The notes under the pieces are model-generated. The model was not told the origin of the DNA, ran no database searches, and worked only from the letters and a program-made list of their open reading frames with translations. 64,000 bases of DNA from Candidatus Obscuribacterales bacterium. GTDB taxonomy: Bacteria; Cyanobacteriota; Vampirovibrionia; Obscuribacterales; Obscuribacteraceae. Where the stretch lies: contig CBDDIJ010000002.1 in the NCBI GenBank assembly GCA_965228855.1, forward strand, positions 736,001-800,000, given 5' to 3'. The stretch's first letter is position 1. Every line of letters begins with the position of its first letter. Below, in pieces: positions 21,279-31,813 of this stretch. The translations under genes were made by a program, and so were the position numbers.

Positions 21279-23984
21279 TTGAACGAGAGAAAAAACTTTT
21301 GCCTATTGGCTTCGCCGTCCGTCGGGCAACTTTGCCTGGCGATCGCGTGTCTGGTCGGCTTGATTGGCGCCTCTTTGTATTTTCACACGTCGGCTTGTTC
21401 GAAAAATCCAGCGGCGTTCACAGACCATGTTGTGACAATAGACCTTGACGGACTCAAGCCCAACGAGTTGGAGCAGGTCACGCTCGATTGGACCGGCTCA
21501 GAACAACCAGCGTCTGCAGTACTTGTGCATCGTCTCCCAGAGTCGAATTCCTTCGCGGGTCTGGTTCCACCTAATGGGAAATTGCGACTCACGCTTCCGG
21601 ATTCTGTAAGGTCCAAACTGAATTCGATTAAGGTGACTGAGCGGGGAAAACCAGCTATGCGCCTCGATCTAACGAAGCCAACCGACCATGTTTTAGAAAC
21701 TCACACCGGCAGACTAACACAACTCTGTCAGACCGAGACTATCTATCCGACCAGCGCAGTGGTTGCAAACCAGCTATGGCTGTGGTTTTCCCTTGCACTG
21801 CTTCTCGCCGCAGCCGCCCTGCTTCTCCGCCAAGACAAGCTCCGACGACTCGCTGCCGGAACACTGCTTAGTGAGGCAAGCCGCCCACCAAGCCACCGAA
21901 CGGGCTGGTTTATCCTTGGCTTTTCAATTACCGCAGTCGCGATCGCCACTCTAGAAATCAAACAGCCACTATTCTTCCTGCAAGATGATAACTACATCCA
22001 GTTTCTCCCAGTGATTCTCCAGGGCTGCAAAAGCGCATTCAGCGGCGACTTACCGTTGTACAATCCGCTGCAGCTCCTCGGTGCTCCAACCGCCAGCATC
22101 GGCACATATGCACTTACATATCCAGGCACTTACATCGCTTATTTTCTTGCCTGCCTAATAAAGGCGCCTGAAGCCACTCTCGACGCATTTGCGATCCTAC
22201 ATTTAGTTTCTGCATATGCCGTGATGTATCTACTCCTCATCGACTCACGAGTACGCGGTTCCTTGAGTGCGTGCGGAGCGTTTAGCTATGCGCTTTCCGG
22301 CTTTTTTCTTATCGCCGGACGTTCCTGGTACTACATGCTTCCCGTGGCAGCCTGGGCACCACTTATGGTGCTTATCACAAACCGGTTATTGCGTAAGCCC
22401 TGCGGTCTATCCTGGCTTATTATCACCGCTCTGGCCGTTGGCATGTTCTTCCATTCCGGCAATGCCCAGATGTGGTTTTACACCATAATGCTTTGTGCGA
22501 TAACGTTAATCGCAGGCTGCGGTTTAAAACTCATTGGAGTGAAACGATTAATAGCCGCTCTGCCTGCCGTGATCGCAGGACTTGGAATCGCGTTTCCACT
22601 TCTCTACTTCCAGTTTGTTGAAACCGAAAGCGTCTGGCGACATCACGATCCCGGCGATATCTCCGGTGTCTCGCTCCTCCACATGCTGCTTCCACTGGGA
22701 GAGATTTTTGCGCGAGAGGAAACATTTGCGCCCGGTCGAACGTTTCCAGCTGAGATGTGCCACTTCGGAATTATCTTCGGAGCCCCAGTTCTGACGGCAC
22801 TGTTCTTGCTAATTGCGCGCATCAGTTTCTTCAAAACCGATAAAGCGCTTTTGCAGCAGGTGTTTAAACGAAACATCTGGCTGATCGCGTTTCTAATAGC
22901 CTTGCTGCTCGCGTGGGGCAGCCAGGGCGTTCTCTGGGACGCTGTTTCCTGGCTCCCCGTACTCAACAAATTTACTCAATCCGGAAAGCTACTCGCGTTT
23001 GTCACCATATTCGGTGTCATCGTTTCTGCCGTTCTGCTGGAGCGCTTGTTTTTACTTACACGAGTCCGCAAACGCACAGAGCGATTCGTTTTCCTGTCGG
23101 CTATCCTCGCGCTCTTCGTTCATTTAAACAACTGCCAGCACAGCTTTTACGACTTTGCCGATGCGCCGGCTTATCCCGCGCTGCCCACAAGGCTCCGGGA
23201 GAGCTGTGTAATTAAAAACGATATCAACGAAGCTGGAAGAATTTTCGCAATTTCTCCGGAACGGTCGAGAGAAAGGGGCTTCACAAATTCGCTGGCGCAA
23301 AACTTTCCGACATACTACAACGTCATATCGTTGAGCGGAATGGATCTACTCGTGTCCACGAACGCTTTGACCCTGGGCGTTTTAAAACGCCTGTACCAGG
23401 ACGCTCCCGACGTCGCGAGCAACTATGGCGTCCGCTGGATCGTTGTGCACGACGGCATGGTTAGACCGTCTTACGGCAACTCACCATGGTTGTGGCGATA
23501 CGAACAAGCTGACTTTTTCCAGACTCGCATCGCAAACACTCTACTTTCGAAGTGCGTCAAAGTCGCTGAACTCGAGCATGTAACTTTGTACGAAAATCCT
23601 GATGCGACGCCGATTGTGTTCTCCAAAGAGAAACCGGGAGCGGGTCTGCCAACCAAAATTTCGACTCGCGGACTGACAGTCGACGTCAACACTCTACAAA
23701 GCGGAGAAACTGTTATCGCTGCATTCATCGCCCGTCCCTGGCTCGTTGCGCGTCTGGACGGAAAACCGATTCCAATCATCGCAGACGCCTACGAGCGAGT
23801 CTCGATCAAACTGCCAAACACAGGTGCCGAGTTGCGAGTTGAGTATGAGCCGCCTCTGCTTCCGGCACTGGCCAGCGGTTTAGCCCTATTACTAATCGGC
23901 TGTCTTAGTGCTTTTGGTACGCGAAAGTGGGCGAATGGGGATGTTCAAATCAGTCAAGCAAATAAACTTGATGCGCCTGCCTGA
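21279..23984 (+). CDS. Large polytopic membrane protein, YfhO/GT-C-like
   Basis: QDDNYIQF..PLYNPLQLLGAP, many TM helices, C-terminal PW...LDGK...YEPP. Confidence 0.6.
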   Translation: MNERKNFCLLASPSVGQLCLAIACLVGLIGASLYFHTSACSKNPAAFTDHVVTIDLDGLKPNELEQVTLDWTGSEQPASAVLVHRLPESNSFAGLVPPNGKLRLTLPDSVRSKLNSIKVTERGKPAMRLDLTKPTDHVLETHTGRLTQLCQTETIYPTSAVVANQLWLWFSLALLLAAAALLLRQDKLRRLAAGTLLSEASRPPSHRTGWFILGFSITAVAIATLEIKQPLFFLQDDNYIQFLPVILQGCKSAFSGDLPLYNPLQLLGAPTASIGTYALTYPGTYIAYFLACLIKAPEATLDAFAILHLVSAYAVMYLLLIDSRVRGSLSACGAFSYALSGFFLIAGRSWYYMLPVAAWAPLMVLITNRLLRKPCGLSWLIITALAVGMFFHSGNAQMWFYTIMLCAITLIAGCGLKLIGVKRLIAALPAVIAGLGIAFPLLYFQFVETESVWRHHDPGDISGVSLLHMLLPLGEIFAREETFAPGRTFPAEMCHFGIIFGAPVLTALFLLIARISFFKTDKALLQQVFKRNIWLIAFLIALLLAWGSQGVLWDAVSWLPVLNKFTQSGKLLAFVTIFGVIVSAVLLERLFLLTRVRKRTERFVFLSAILALFVHLNNCQHSFYDFADAPAYPALPTRLRESCVIKNDINEAGRIFAISPERSRERGFTNSLAQNFPTYYNVISLSGMDLLVSTNALTLGVLKRLYQDAPDVASNYGVRWIVVHDGMVRPSYGNSPWLWRYEQADFFQTRIANTLLSKCVKVAELEHVTLYENPDATPIVFSKEKPGAGLPTKISTRGLTVDVNTLQSGETVIAAFIARPWLVARLDGKPIPIIADAYERVSIKLPNTGAELRVEYEPPLLPALASGLALLLIGCLSAFGTRKWANGDVQISQANKLDAPA

Positions 23985-24023
23985 GCCGCTCAACGACGAC
24001 CATACCTGAGAGGCTAGACTGAC

Positions 24024-24824
24024 CTACTTGATCGGCTGCATAAAGAGATCTTCGATATCGTCTTTCTTGATGTTACCATCCACCGAGAAGTATAAACTGG
24101 CTCTGTCTTTGGAACGATGATAGCCTTTGGGAATATCGAACAGTTTTGCATCGAGTGGAACATCTTTGATCTGGCGCGGTTCGATGATGACCTTCATAGG
24201 GCGCACACGCCCTTCTGAAGCTCGATTTCGCATTCTTTTCCTTCGGTGAATTTGCTTAGCGCCAATCGGCAAACCACGCTTAGGTGAGTAATCAACGGTC
24301 ATAAAACGGCACCACATCTGGTGCACCGCAACGGGGAGTTTCGCGGTGATGCAGGTGAACTCACCACCCTTGACGTCTTTTCCCCCAGCATCCTTTTCGC
24401 CTGTGAAACAGTCGAACTTCTTTCCTTTGCGATTGTTGGGAAGACTAACATCGGCTCCAGCCGAAACTTTAGCGAGCGGCATGGGCTGCATTCCTTCGCG
24501 CAACTCCTCGATGTAATCTTCGACCGGCATCACCAGAAAAACTTTGTTCTCAGGATTCATGAGTGTGGCTTTCGTCGGATTACTCACTAGCCAGAATGAA
24601 CTGCCAATCTGAGACTTGATGCGAAATCCGAGACTGCTGTAGGTGACCTCGGCCTTGCTTAGCATCTCTCCGTCGGACCAAACAGTGACCATAGTTTCGC
24701 TCGCCGGCGTTTTACCAGAAACTGCCGGGGTACCCTCCGCACGCGCATCAAGCGGCGCCAGGCTGTTTCCAACCAGAAGCGCAGCCATTGCACCAAGAAA
24801 TCGAGAACGCGCGCCGAGTTTCAT
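24024..24824 (-). CDS. Secreted hypothetical protein
   Basis: Signal peptide (ARA/EG), 266-aa ORF. Confidence 0.7.
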   Translation of the reverse strand: MKLGARSRFLGAMAALLVGNSLAPLDARAEGTPAVSGKTPASETMVTVWSDGEMLSKAEVTYSSLGFRIKSQIGSSFWLVSNPTKATLMNPENKVFLVMPVEDYIEELREGMQPMPLAKVSAGADVSLPNNRKGKKFDCFTGEKDAGGKDVKGGEFTCITAKLPVAVHQMWCRFMTVDYSPKRGLPIGAKQIHRRKRMRNRASEGRVRPMKVIIEPRQIKDVPLDAKLFDIPKGYHRSKDRASLYFSVDGNIKKDDIEDLFMQPIK

Positions 24825-25382
24825 TTACCACCGCCTGGCTCTGAGCCACCCATTTTAACCTGTCTTCTCCAGGGGTTTGAACGCGCAATGATTAGCGAGC
24901 GGCTGAGATGCTCTTCGGATCGAACTCTCTGCCAAAGTTCCAAAGCTACGGGGCTTCACGAGAAGGCGAGAAGGTTTGCCCAAAGCAAAACTCCGAAGCC
25001 AGCTGATTATGTGCTTGCGCGTCTCCCTAGACTGTTCTGAAAATGAGCCTCGCGATCAAATCTCCGCTAACTGGGCCAAGCTTTAAATAGACAATTTAAT
25101 CGTGATATCCCCAATATCAACACTCATGAGCTATTGTGAGGCTCCTTAACTGAAACTAAGGTCGACTTATCTTCTACCTTCCAGTCATACAGGAAATCTC
25201 TCAAAACCCAAAAGTGTTCAGCCCCTAGCTTTCTTCTCCGATTCGGTTTCTCCGAACGGCTGAACACCTGTGTGACCACCGCGACTCCCCGGAGCCGCAT
25301 GCCCTCGTGTTTTCGACTCGACGGGCGTTTCAGAACGTCTGTTTAACCGTGATGCCTGAAGGCTCACAAACAAGGAGAATTC

Positions 25383-26222
25383 ATGAACGACAAAACACCG
25401 TTCGCCCAACGCTTCGGACAGATTCAAGCGAATCTGGAAGAGGCTATAGGCGACAAACAGACTGCGTGGCTCGCCGCGCTGTCGATCGTGAGCGGCATGC
25501 CGCTGCTCATCGATTCGAAGACGTCCCAGGAGAAGCTCGCACGCGCCGTCGCCAGCGTGATAAGCGGCAGCTGCGAATCGCTCGGTTTCGGCTTTCAGAC
25601 GCTGAACTCGAACGTTCTCTACATGGGCAACCTGGACAACTGCTACTGTCTGCCCGCTGGCTGTCTGCGACTCGCCAGTCAAGCCGTTGGCAAGCCTGCG
25701 AACAAGAATGACAGCATCGTCGTTCTCATCGGTCACATCAGCCCACCGCACTCGCGCAAGTCGATGGCGTCGGCTGGACTGATCGACCAGTTCGCCTGCT
25801 TCTCGTCCGTCGACTTCGATGGCGAGCGCGTCTCCAGGGCTCCGGCTGCTGTGACGCTCGATGATGTTGCGGACATGCGCAAGTATGTCCGTGACAACGT
25901 CGTCCTCGACGACGAGGCGGTGCAGTTCATCCTCCGCATCAACAAGGCGGCAACACCGAGTCCGTCGGACGAAATTCCCGACGAGCTCAACGAATACGTC
26001 GCCGACGGTCCTGCACCGCGAACCTGGGTTCACCTGGCGGAACTGTCCCGTGTGGTCGCTGCTTCGCAGGGTCGCACGGTCGTCAGTCGCTCGGATGTTC
26101 TCGCGTTCGTCGAACCGGTGCTGTCGCATCGGTACCGCAACGACACCGTCTCGCCGTACAACCGCTTCGACCTGGGACGCCGCATCGCCGGCGCCGTCGT
26201 CTCGAAGCTCAAGGCCGCCTAG
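25383..26222 (+). CDS. Degenerate MoxR-like AAA protein (no Walker A/B)
   Basis: AAA-lid GPAPR...A..QGR..V...DV..VEPVLSHR; RBS AAGGAG. Confidence 0.7.
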   Translation: MNDKTPFAQRFGQIQANLEEAIGDKQTAWLAALSIVSGMPLLIDSKTSQEKLARAVASVISGSCESLGFGFQTLNSNVLYMGNLDNCYCLPAGCLRLASQAVGKPANKNDSIVVLIGHISPPHSRKSMASAGLIDQFACFSSVDFDGERVSRAPAAVTLDDVADMRKYVRDNVVLDDEAVQFILRINKAATPSPSDEIPDELNEYVADGPAPRTWVHLAELSRVVAASQGRTVVSRSDVLAFVEPVLSHRYRNDTVSPYNRFDLGRRIAGAVVSKLKAA

Positions 26223-26258
26223 CCAGTTGGCGACGCGGCAAACAGAAAGGAGTTCATC

Positions 26259-26588
26259 ATGAACAGCGTTTCTTTCATGTACCTGCTGCTGGCCGTCGTC
26301 GCCATCGTCAACGTCGTCTCGGCGTTGCTCTGGATTCGTCTGCTGATGCTCGTTCGAGCCGCCGACCAGATCCTGAGCTTCACCACCGCGTCGATGTACA
26401 CTCGCTACCTGTTCGGGCAGGTCATGTCCGGCAAGTGGTTTCGCACGCCGACCTCGCTTGTGCTCGGCAATCCCAAGCGCGACCCGGTCATCCGCAAGGT
26501 CATCGGTTCCGCTCAGTACCAGACCGTGCAGTTCCTGGCGTCGTTCGTCAAGGACCTGCCTGTCAACGTCGTGCCGTACTTCGTCTAA
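26259..26588 (+). CDS. Small membrane protein
   Basis: RBS AAGGAG, N-terminal TM, biased codons. Confidence 0.7.
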   Translation: MNSVSFMYLLLAVVAIVNVVSALLWIRLLMLVRAADQILSFTTASMYTRYLFGQVMSGKWFRTPTSLVLGNPKRDPVIRKVIGSAQYQTVQFLASFVKDLPVNVVPYFV

Positions 26589-26675
26589 CAAGGCACGCGC
26601 CTCCAGGCTGAGGCAGCATCACCTGCTGCTTCGGCCGGAGCTCTGTTTTAACTCAGAACATCGAGGAGAAAGTAC

Positions 26676-26897
26676 ATGCTCACACTCGCATCACACAATC
26701 CCGGCGCCAGCCAGCCGTTCCGCACTGGTCGCGAACGCAGGGAACGCCGCGCCTCGCTCGGTCTCGTCTGCCACGATGGTGGTCGGGCGCCCGCGCGCGA
26801 GGAACTCTCGGTCGCCGAACAGTACCGTCTGGCTGCCGAGCGGCGCGCTAAAACCGCCAGCGACGAGTACGTCCAGGCACCCTGCGACGTCGAGTAA
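26676..26897 (+). CDS. Small hypothetical protein
   Basis: RBS GAGGAG, biased codons. Confidence 0.55.
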   Translation: MLTLASHNPGASQPFRTGRERRERRASLGLVCHDGGRAPAREELSVAEQYRLAAERRAKTASDEYVQAPCDVE

Positions 26898-26957
26898 TGC
26901 CGCGCTGAAAACGCGGACCATTCACCAACAACACCAGCTATCTCGAAGGTGATTACC

Positions 26958-27272
26958 ATGGCTACTCTCTCTGTCGTCTCGAACAACAGCGCCACCATGC
27001 CCGCTCCGCTCCTCACGCGCCGCGAGCTGCGCGACCGTCGCGAGCGCCTGGGCATCGTCGTGCACAGCGGCGGTCGCATGCTCCCCGTGCCGATGTCCGT
27101 GTTCGAACCGCAGCACACGGTCGACGCGCACGGGAAGCGGCATGCTGTCACCCCCGTCTCCGAGTTCGTCAGTCCCGGTCTCCGTCCCGTCGGCCCCGCC
27201 GGCAGCGCGGCTCCGCGCGTGCACGTCCCCATGACGGCGCACGACAACTACATCATCGACCGCGAAGAGTAA
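26958..27272 (+). CDS. Small hypothetical protein
   Basis: RBS AAGGTG, biased codons, hairpin terminator at 27303-27337. Confidence 0.6.
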   Translation: MATLSVVSNNSATMPAPLLTRRELRDRRERLGIVVHSGGRMLPVPMSVFEPQHTVDAHGKRHAVTPVSEFVSPGLRPVGPAGSAAPRVHVPMTAHDNYIIDREE

Positions 27273-27401
27273 TTCTCTTTCGCGCAAGAGTGAAACCGGC
27301 TACCGAGCCGTTTTGGCGGACGGCTCGGGTTCTTTTCTTCATCGCTGTTTCAACAGCTCAACTAGAACCACCGATGGTATCAGTCGGTGAGGAGGATTGA
27401 C

Positions 27402-28613
27402 ATGTTCACGAAAAACAAACTCGCCCTCGTGGCATTCATCGGCGTTGTGGTCCTGGCAATCGCCGCGGCCGCCGTCATCGCGTTCACCCCGAAGCCGGAC
27501 CTGACAAGCGACTTGTTTCCCGAGCGCTTCGGCAACGAACTCCAGCTTCCGCAGAAATCGGGAAGCATTCGCTCAGTCGAGATGTGGTCCGACCAGCGCA
27601 CTCCCAAGTTCGGTGTCGAGGACCACGCCGACGGCACTACCACCCACTACCGCTACCGTCCCGACGGCACGCTCGCGAGCGCGACGCTCTACGCCGCCGC
27701 CGATCAGTCCGGAAATCGCGCGGTGATTCGCGACTCGACGATGGCTGCCGACGGTTTCACATACGTCAAGGACATCACATACTTCGCGGACGGCTCGGTC
27801 TGGAAGGACTTCGTGCTTGCCGACGATGGAACGACGCATAGGATGTTCTACCATCCCAACGGCGTCCTCGCCAAGGATCAGGTGATGGAGTACGAGTGGC
27901 GAGTCTGGAAGCTCATGAGCGAAAAGGCTTTCTACGACGACGGCAAGAAAGCTCGCGTCTTCCTGATCACCCGCGGCAAATCGCTGGAAGACACCATATA
28001 CGGTGCCGGCGAAACACTGCAGGCTCATAAGAAGCACGACTACGTCGCGCGCACTTACACCGAAACCTGGTATCACGACGACGGCAAAACGCCTCTTCGC
28101 CTGGTCGAGCAAGACTCCGAAGGCACGAAGGCAACAGTGATGCGCATGGACGGCTCCGTGGCTGAAACCTACAGTTGGTGGGGCGAAGTGCAAAAGTCCG
28201 GAATCACGGTCAACATCTTCGACCGCGCCGGGAGCAAGCGCTACGAACAAACCTACTGGTGGGGCTACCAAACCAACAAGCTCGAGCTTCGCTCCGTCGA
28301 GGTCTTCGACCGCAACGGCAAACTGACGAACTTCGTCATGTACTACACCAGCGGTCCTGAAGCCGGCAAGGTTGAAGCAGACGCGACCTTCAGTTCCGAC
28401 CAGGGCTGGAGCGGTCCCCACATCCGGCGCGAATACCGCAAGGATGGAACGCTCGCAGTCGCGAAGCAAAACAAAAACACGAGCACCACGATTTCCGAGG
28501 AGAAGTTCACCGCGGAGCAGAACATACTCCCGACCATCAACTCGGAATGGGCGGTCTGGCATTCAGTCGAAACGCCACCGCAGATGGTGACCTACGTCCC
28601 ACCCAGAGACTGA
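27402..28613 (+). CDS. Exported YwqK/MORN-like beta-hairpin repeat protein
   Basis: N-terminal anchor; repeated Y-x-x-DG motifs; RBS GAGGAGG. Confidence 0.7.
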   Translation: MFTKNKLALVAFIGVVVLAIAAAAVIAFTPKPDLTSDLFPERFGNELQLPQKSGSIRSVEMWSDQRTPKFGVEDHADGTTTHYRYRPDGTLASATLYAAADQSGNRAVIRDSTMAADGFTYVKDITYFADGSVWKDFVLADDGTTHRMFYHPNGVLAKDQVMEYEWRVWKLMSEKAFYDDGKKARVFLITRGKSLEDTIYGAGETLQAHKKHDYVARTYTETWYHDDGKTPLRLVEQDSEGTKATVMRMDGSVAETYSWWGEVQKSGITVNIFDRAGSKRYEQTYWWGYQTNKLELRSVEVFDRNGKLTNFVMYYTSGPEAGKVEADATFSSDQGWSGPHIRREYRKDGTLAVAKQNKNTSTTISEEKFTAEQNILPTINSEWAVWHSVETPPQMVTYVPPRD

Positions 28614-28716
28614 AACGACGATGACCGAAAAGCGTCCCGCCAGCGCTTCTCCAAATCTTCGTGAACGTCTCCGCCTCCCGAGGACCTCCCCAGGTCCTCG
28701 CTTTTACAAGCCACTT

Positions 28717-28940
28717 CTACTATATTCTTTCGTTACTCCGATATCCCAAAAGGCTACGTGGAAGCGGCTTTAAGCCGATGCCTCCCCACTCCTCCCTTCT
28801 TTCCTACTATATTCTTTCGTTACTTCAACATCCCAAAAGACTACATGGAAGAGGCTTTGCGCCGATGTCTTCCATCAAGGTCGCGTGGTTGTCTATGAGG
28901 CGTTGACAGTTTTCACAAAAAGCGGCAATGCCTGATAGAC
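28717..28940. repeat. Repeat element copy B with duplicated left arm
   Basis: CTACTATA at 28717 and 28804; GTCTA-TGAGGCG-TTGAC-N16-GGCAA-TGCCTGA-TAGAC 28891-28940; gap 79. Confidence 0.9.
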
Positions 28941-29136
28941 AAACCCAGCACACCTTGGCGTCTCGGCGGCCTAACATCAGCCATTCCAACTCGTTAGATT
29001 GTTTCCCTCCACAAGGGAATTCCTCAAACAGCAACGCCTGCAATGGTTTGAACCGATTCGTTCACTTCTTGAAGGCTGAAATCGCAGCAAAACGGTTCCC
29101 CTGACAGCGGAACGGAATTAACGAGTTTCCGGCAAA

Positions 29137-29241
29137 CCCGTCATGCGTGGGGCGAGAGTTTCAAACTTGCGCGTCCCGTCATGTGTTGGGCGAGAGTTTC
29201 AAACTGCGCGTCCCATCATGCGGGGTTTCACACTTGCGCGT
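29137..29241. repeat. Degenerate tandem repeat (38, 37, 30 bp)
   Basis: CCCRTCATG...GTTTCAMAC(T)TGCGCGT x3. Confidence 0.85.
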
Positions 29242-29676
29242 CCCGCCTTGCGCAGCTCTCGCCAACCCGATTGACCTTAAAAGGCGCTAAAAAGCAAAGT
29301 CCGGTTATCTCGAAGGAAAGCCCGATATTCCAAGGCCGCAGTCCCGCGAGCAACTCTGGACTACACTGCAGTTTCTCTTATCTTGACAATACTGAACTGG
29401 TCTTAACTTGTGATCTTGCAGCCTGAACAAACTAAAGTGAACTCAGCTTCTGACATCAACTTCACCGGTTTCTCACACCCACAGTCTTCCGCATCAACCC
29501 CGAATTTCCGCAGCAGTCTGTGCTCCGGAGAAGACCGTCAGCAGCGAGCGAAGGGCATTCCTAACCCATAATCCAGCAGAACGGATCATGAACGGATTGC
29601 CCGGATGGAACACGCGAAGCGCCTGAGTACAAGCGCGTGTTCTGCAACCCAAACTCAGGCAGATTGGATACACCTA

Positions 29677-30714
29677 ATGAAAAACACCATCGCAACCATC
29701 GAAGCCTCGAACTTCGATGAAACTGTGAAGGCAGAGCTCAAGGCGCTCGTCGAGATCACCAAGCTGGCCAAGGACACCGACTCCTCCAGCCAGGCGGCGA
29801 TGCACAAGTACAAAGCCGGCACCAACGAACGCCAGTACGCACGCCGTATCGCGGAGAAGATGACGAGCGAAAAGCGCACCGAGATGCAAGTTCATCAGTT
29901 CGCCTATCGCAACGCCTTCGCCAACGCCGTCTTCAGCGTGCATCAGGCTCGCAAGACGCTCGTCAAGGTCGGCGCCGACATCCGTGCTCTGGTCGCACGT
30001 CTCGAACCCGAGGCCAAGGACCCGAGCAATCGCAACGCTCTGATCGCGGTCATGGGCATCGCGTACGAAACCGACGGCATCAACCCTGACGCAGTTCTCA
30101 GCGAGCTGGACAACGTCAGCGACATCTCGCGCGAGCGCCTGCTGGAAGCTGTTCGCACCATCTTCGCGCACAAGAAAGCCGAGTCCGGCATGATGGCGGC
30201 GACGTCCTTCAGCTCCTACGAATTGCTGATCACCGACCCGACGGCCGAGCAGCAGGCTGTGCAAGACGCTCTCCAGCCCGCAATCGCCGTGCGCCAGGAG
30301 TTCGAAGATCACTGGAACTTCTACAGCTTCGCCAAAGCACGCTTCAACGTGCCGCAGTTCACGCAGCGCATGGAGCAGGCCGTTGCCGAAGGCGACGAAG
30401 CCAAGATCGAGAGCATTCGCGCCAGCCGCCGTGACGCCGAGGGAGCGGTCTTCGTCGCCGCTTCCAACTGGGTCAACGCTTACCCGCGGATGGTGAAGAT
30501 TCGCGAGAATCTCAAAGCCGCCATCCATCGCGCGGCGGACACAATCACGGAAACCAATTCGCTCGAATCGACCATCGCCATGAGCCATCTGATCGGCTGC
30601 TGGAAGTGGCACAGCGAATTGACCGGCTACATCGAGGGCAAGTTCCGCAAGGCGGACCTTGCGAGCGTCCTCGCCGGCCTCGACTTTGACACGAAGGAAT
30701 ACCTGCGCGGTTGA
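29677..30714 (+). CDS. Alpha-helical hypothetical protein
   Basis: Long codon-biased ORF; start uncertain (29605 or 29677). Confidence 0.75.
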   Translation: MKNTIATIEASNFDETVKAELKALVEITKLAKDTDSSSQAAMHKYKAGTNERQYARRIAEKMTSEKRTEMQVHQFAYRNAFANAVFSVHQARKTLVKVGADIRALVARLEPEAKDPSNRNALIAVMGIAYETDGINPDAVLSELDNVSDISRERLLEAVRTIFAHKKAESGMMAATSFSSYELLITDPTAEQQAVQDALQPAIAVRQEFEDHWNFYSFAKARFNVPQFTQRMEQAVAEGDEAKIESIRASRRDAEGAVFVAASNWVNAYPRMVKIRENLKAAIHRAADTITETNSLESTIAMSHLIGCWKWHSELTGYIEGKFRKADLASVLAGLDFDTKEYLRG

Positions 30715-30795
30715 CGCATACGGTTTGCGGCGAGAGGGAGCATGCTCCTTCTCGCCTGCAGACTGCCTCTTCACACGAACGCATGAGCACATCCA

Positions 30796-31521
30796 ATGCG
30801 ATCAATAGTTCCCGAAACTGCTCGCAACATCGTTGCCATGGGCGGAGCCTTCGGCTACGACAACGATGCGGGTAAACGGTTTTTGAAACTGATGTTGCGG
30901 CTGACCGGCAAGCGCAAACCGCGCATTATGTTCGTCGGCACAGCATCAGGCGATCACGACTATGGGCGCGTCTGGTTCTACAGCCAGCTCGCCGGTCGAA
31001 ACTGCTACCCCTCGGTTCTGAAGCTCTTCGAGCCAGTTCCGAGCGACCTGACTTCACTCGTGCTTTCTCAGGATGCGATCTTTGTCGGCGGAGGCAACAG
31101 CACGGCGCTTCTCGGCGTCTGGCGCGCCTACGGCTTCGACAAAGCTCTCACCACCGCCTGGGAACATGGTGTCGTCTGTGGTGGCGCAAGCGCGGGTGGG
31201 ATTTGCTGGTTCGAACAAGGCATCTCTGCAAGTTCCTACACCGACAAGGTGGTGGCACTCCAGGGACTCGGTCTTGCGCACGGCAGTTTCAACCCTCACT
31301 ACGACACCGATCCGAAACGCCGTCCGGCTTACCACAAGCTCATCGAAACGGGCATCGCCCTCGATGGCATCGGCGTCGACGAAACCGCAGCCGTTCACAT
31401 CACCGGACGCGACAACGTTCGGGCTCTGAACGGCGACGGAAAATCGGCTTGCCATCGCGTTTTCCTCGATGGCGGCAAGGCAGTGGAAACGACGCTACCG
31501 GTCTCGGTCGTCCGTCGATGA
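30796..31521 (+). CDS. Peptidase E (S51) family
   Basis: GTASGD, FVGGGN, GASAGGICWF, NPHYD. Confidence 0.88.
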   Translation: MRSIVPETARNIVAMGGAFGYDNDAGKRFLKLMLRLTGKRKPRIMFVGTASGDHDYGRVWFYSQLAGRNCYPSVLKLFEPVPSDLTSLVLSQDAIFVGGGNSTALLGVWRAYGFDKALTTAWEHGVVCGGASAGGICWFEQGISASSYTDKVVALQGLGLAHGSFNPHYDTDPKRRPAYHKLIETGIALDGIGVDETAAVHITGRDNVRALNGDGKSACHRVFLDGGKAVETTLPVSVVRR

Positions 31522-31590
31522 AACAGAAGCGAGGCCAGCAAAGCGGTTTAAACCCGCCGAGCCGCCTCGCTTCCCCTTTTCCCAATATAC

Positions 31591-31737
31591 CTACTATATT
31601 CTTTCGTATACATCAAGCCCCAAAACAGCGCCCCTGTAACAGTCTTCGACACCAGCCGTTTCGCCAACCCGCACAATATACGGGTTTGGCTACGAGAGAA
31701 TGACAGAATTTGCCAAAAGCGTCATTCTCTCATAGAC
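31591..31737. repeat. Repeat element copy C
   Basis: CTACTATA 31591; GGCTA-CGAGAGA-ATGAC-N16-GTCAT-TCTCTCA-TAGAC 31688-31737; gap 89. Confidence 0.9.
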
Positions 31738-31813
31738 AACAGCTCAGACCTCGTCAATCGAGAATCCCACGATGACCGAGAAGCGCGCGCGTGTGCTCGG
31801 AAGGCAATTTCTG

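Noticed and set aside
29137..29241. Possible mini CRISPR array
   Set aside because: Units are contiguous with no unique spacers; no cas genes in the window.
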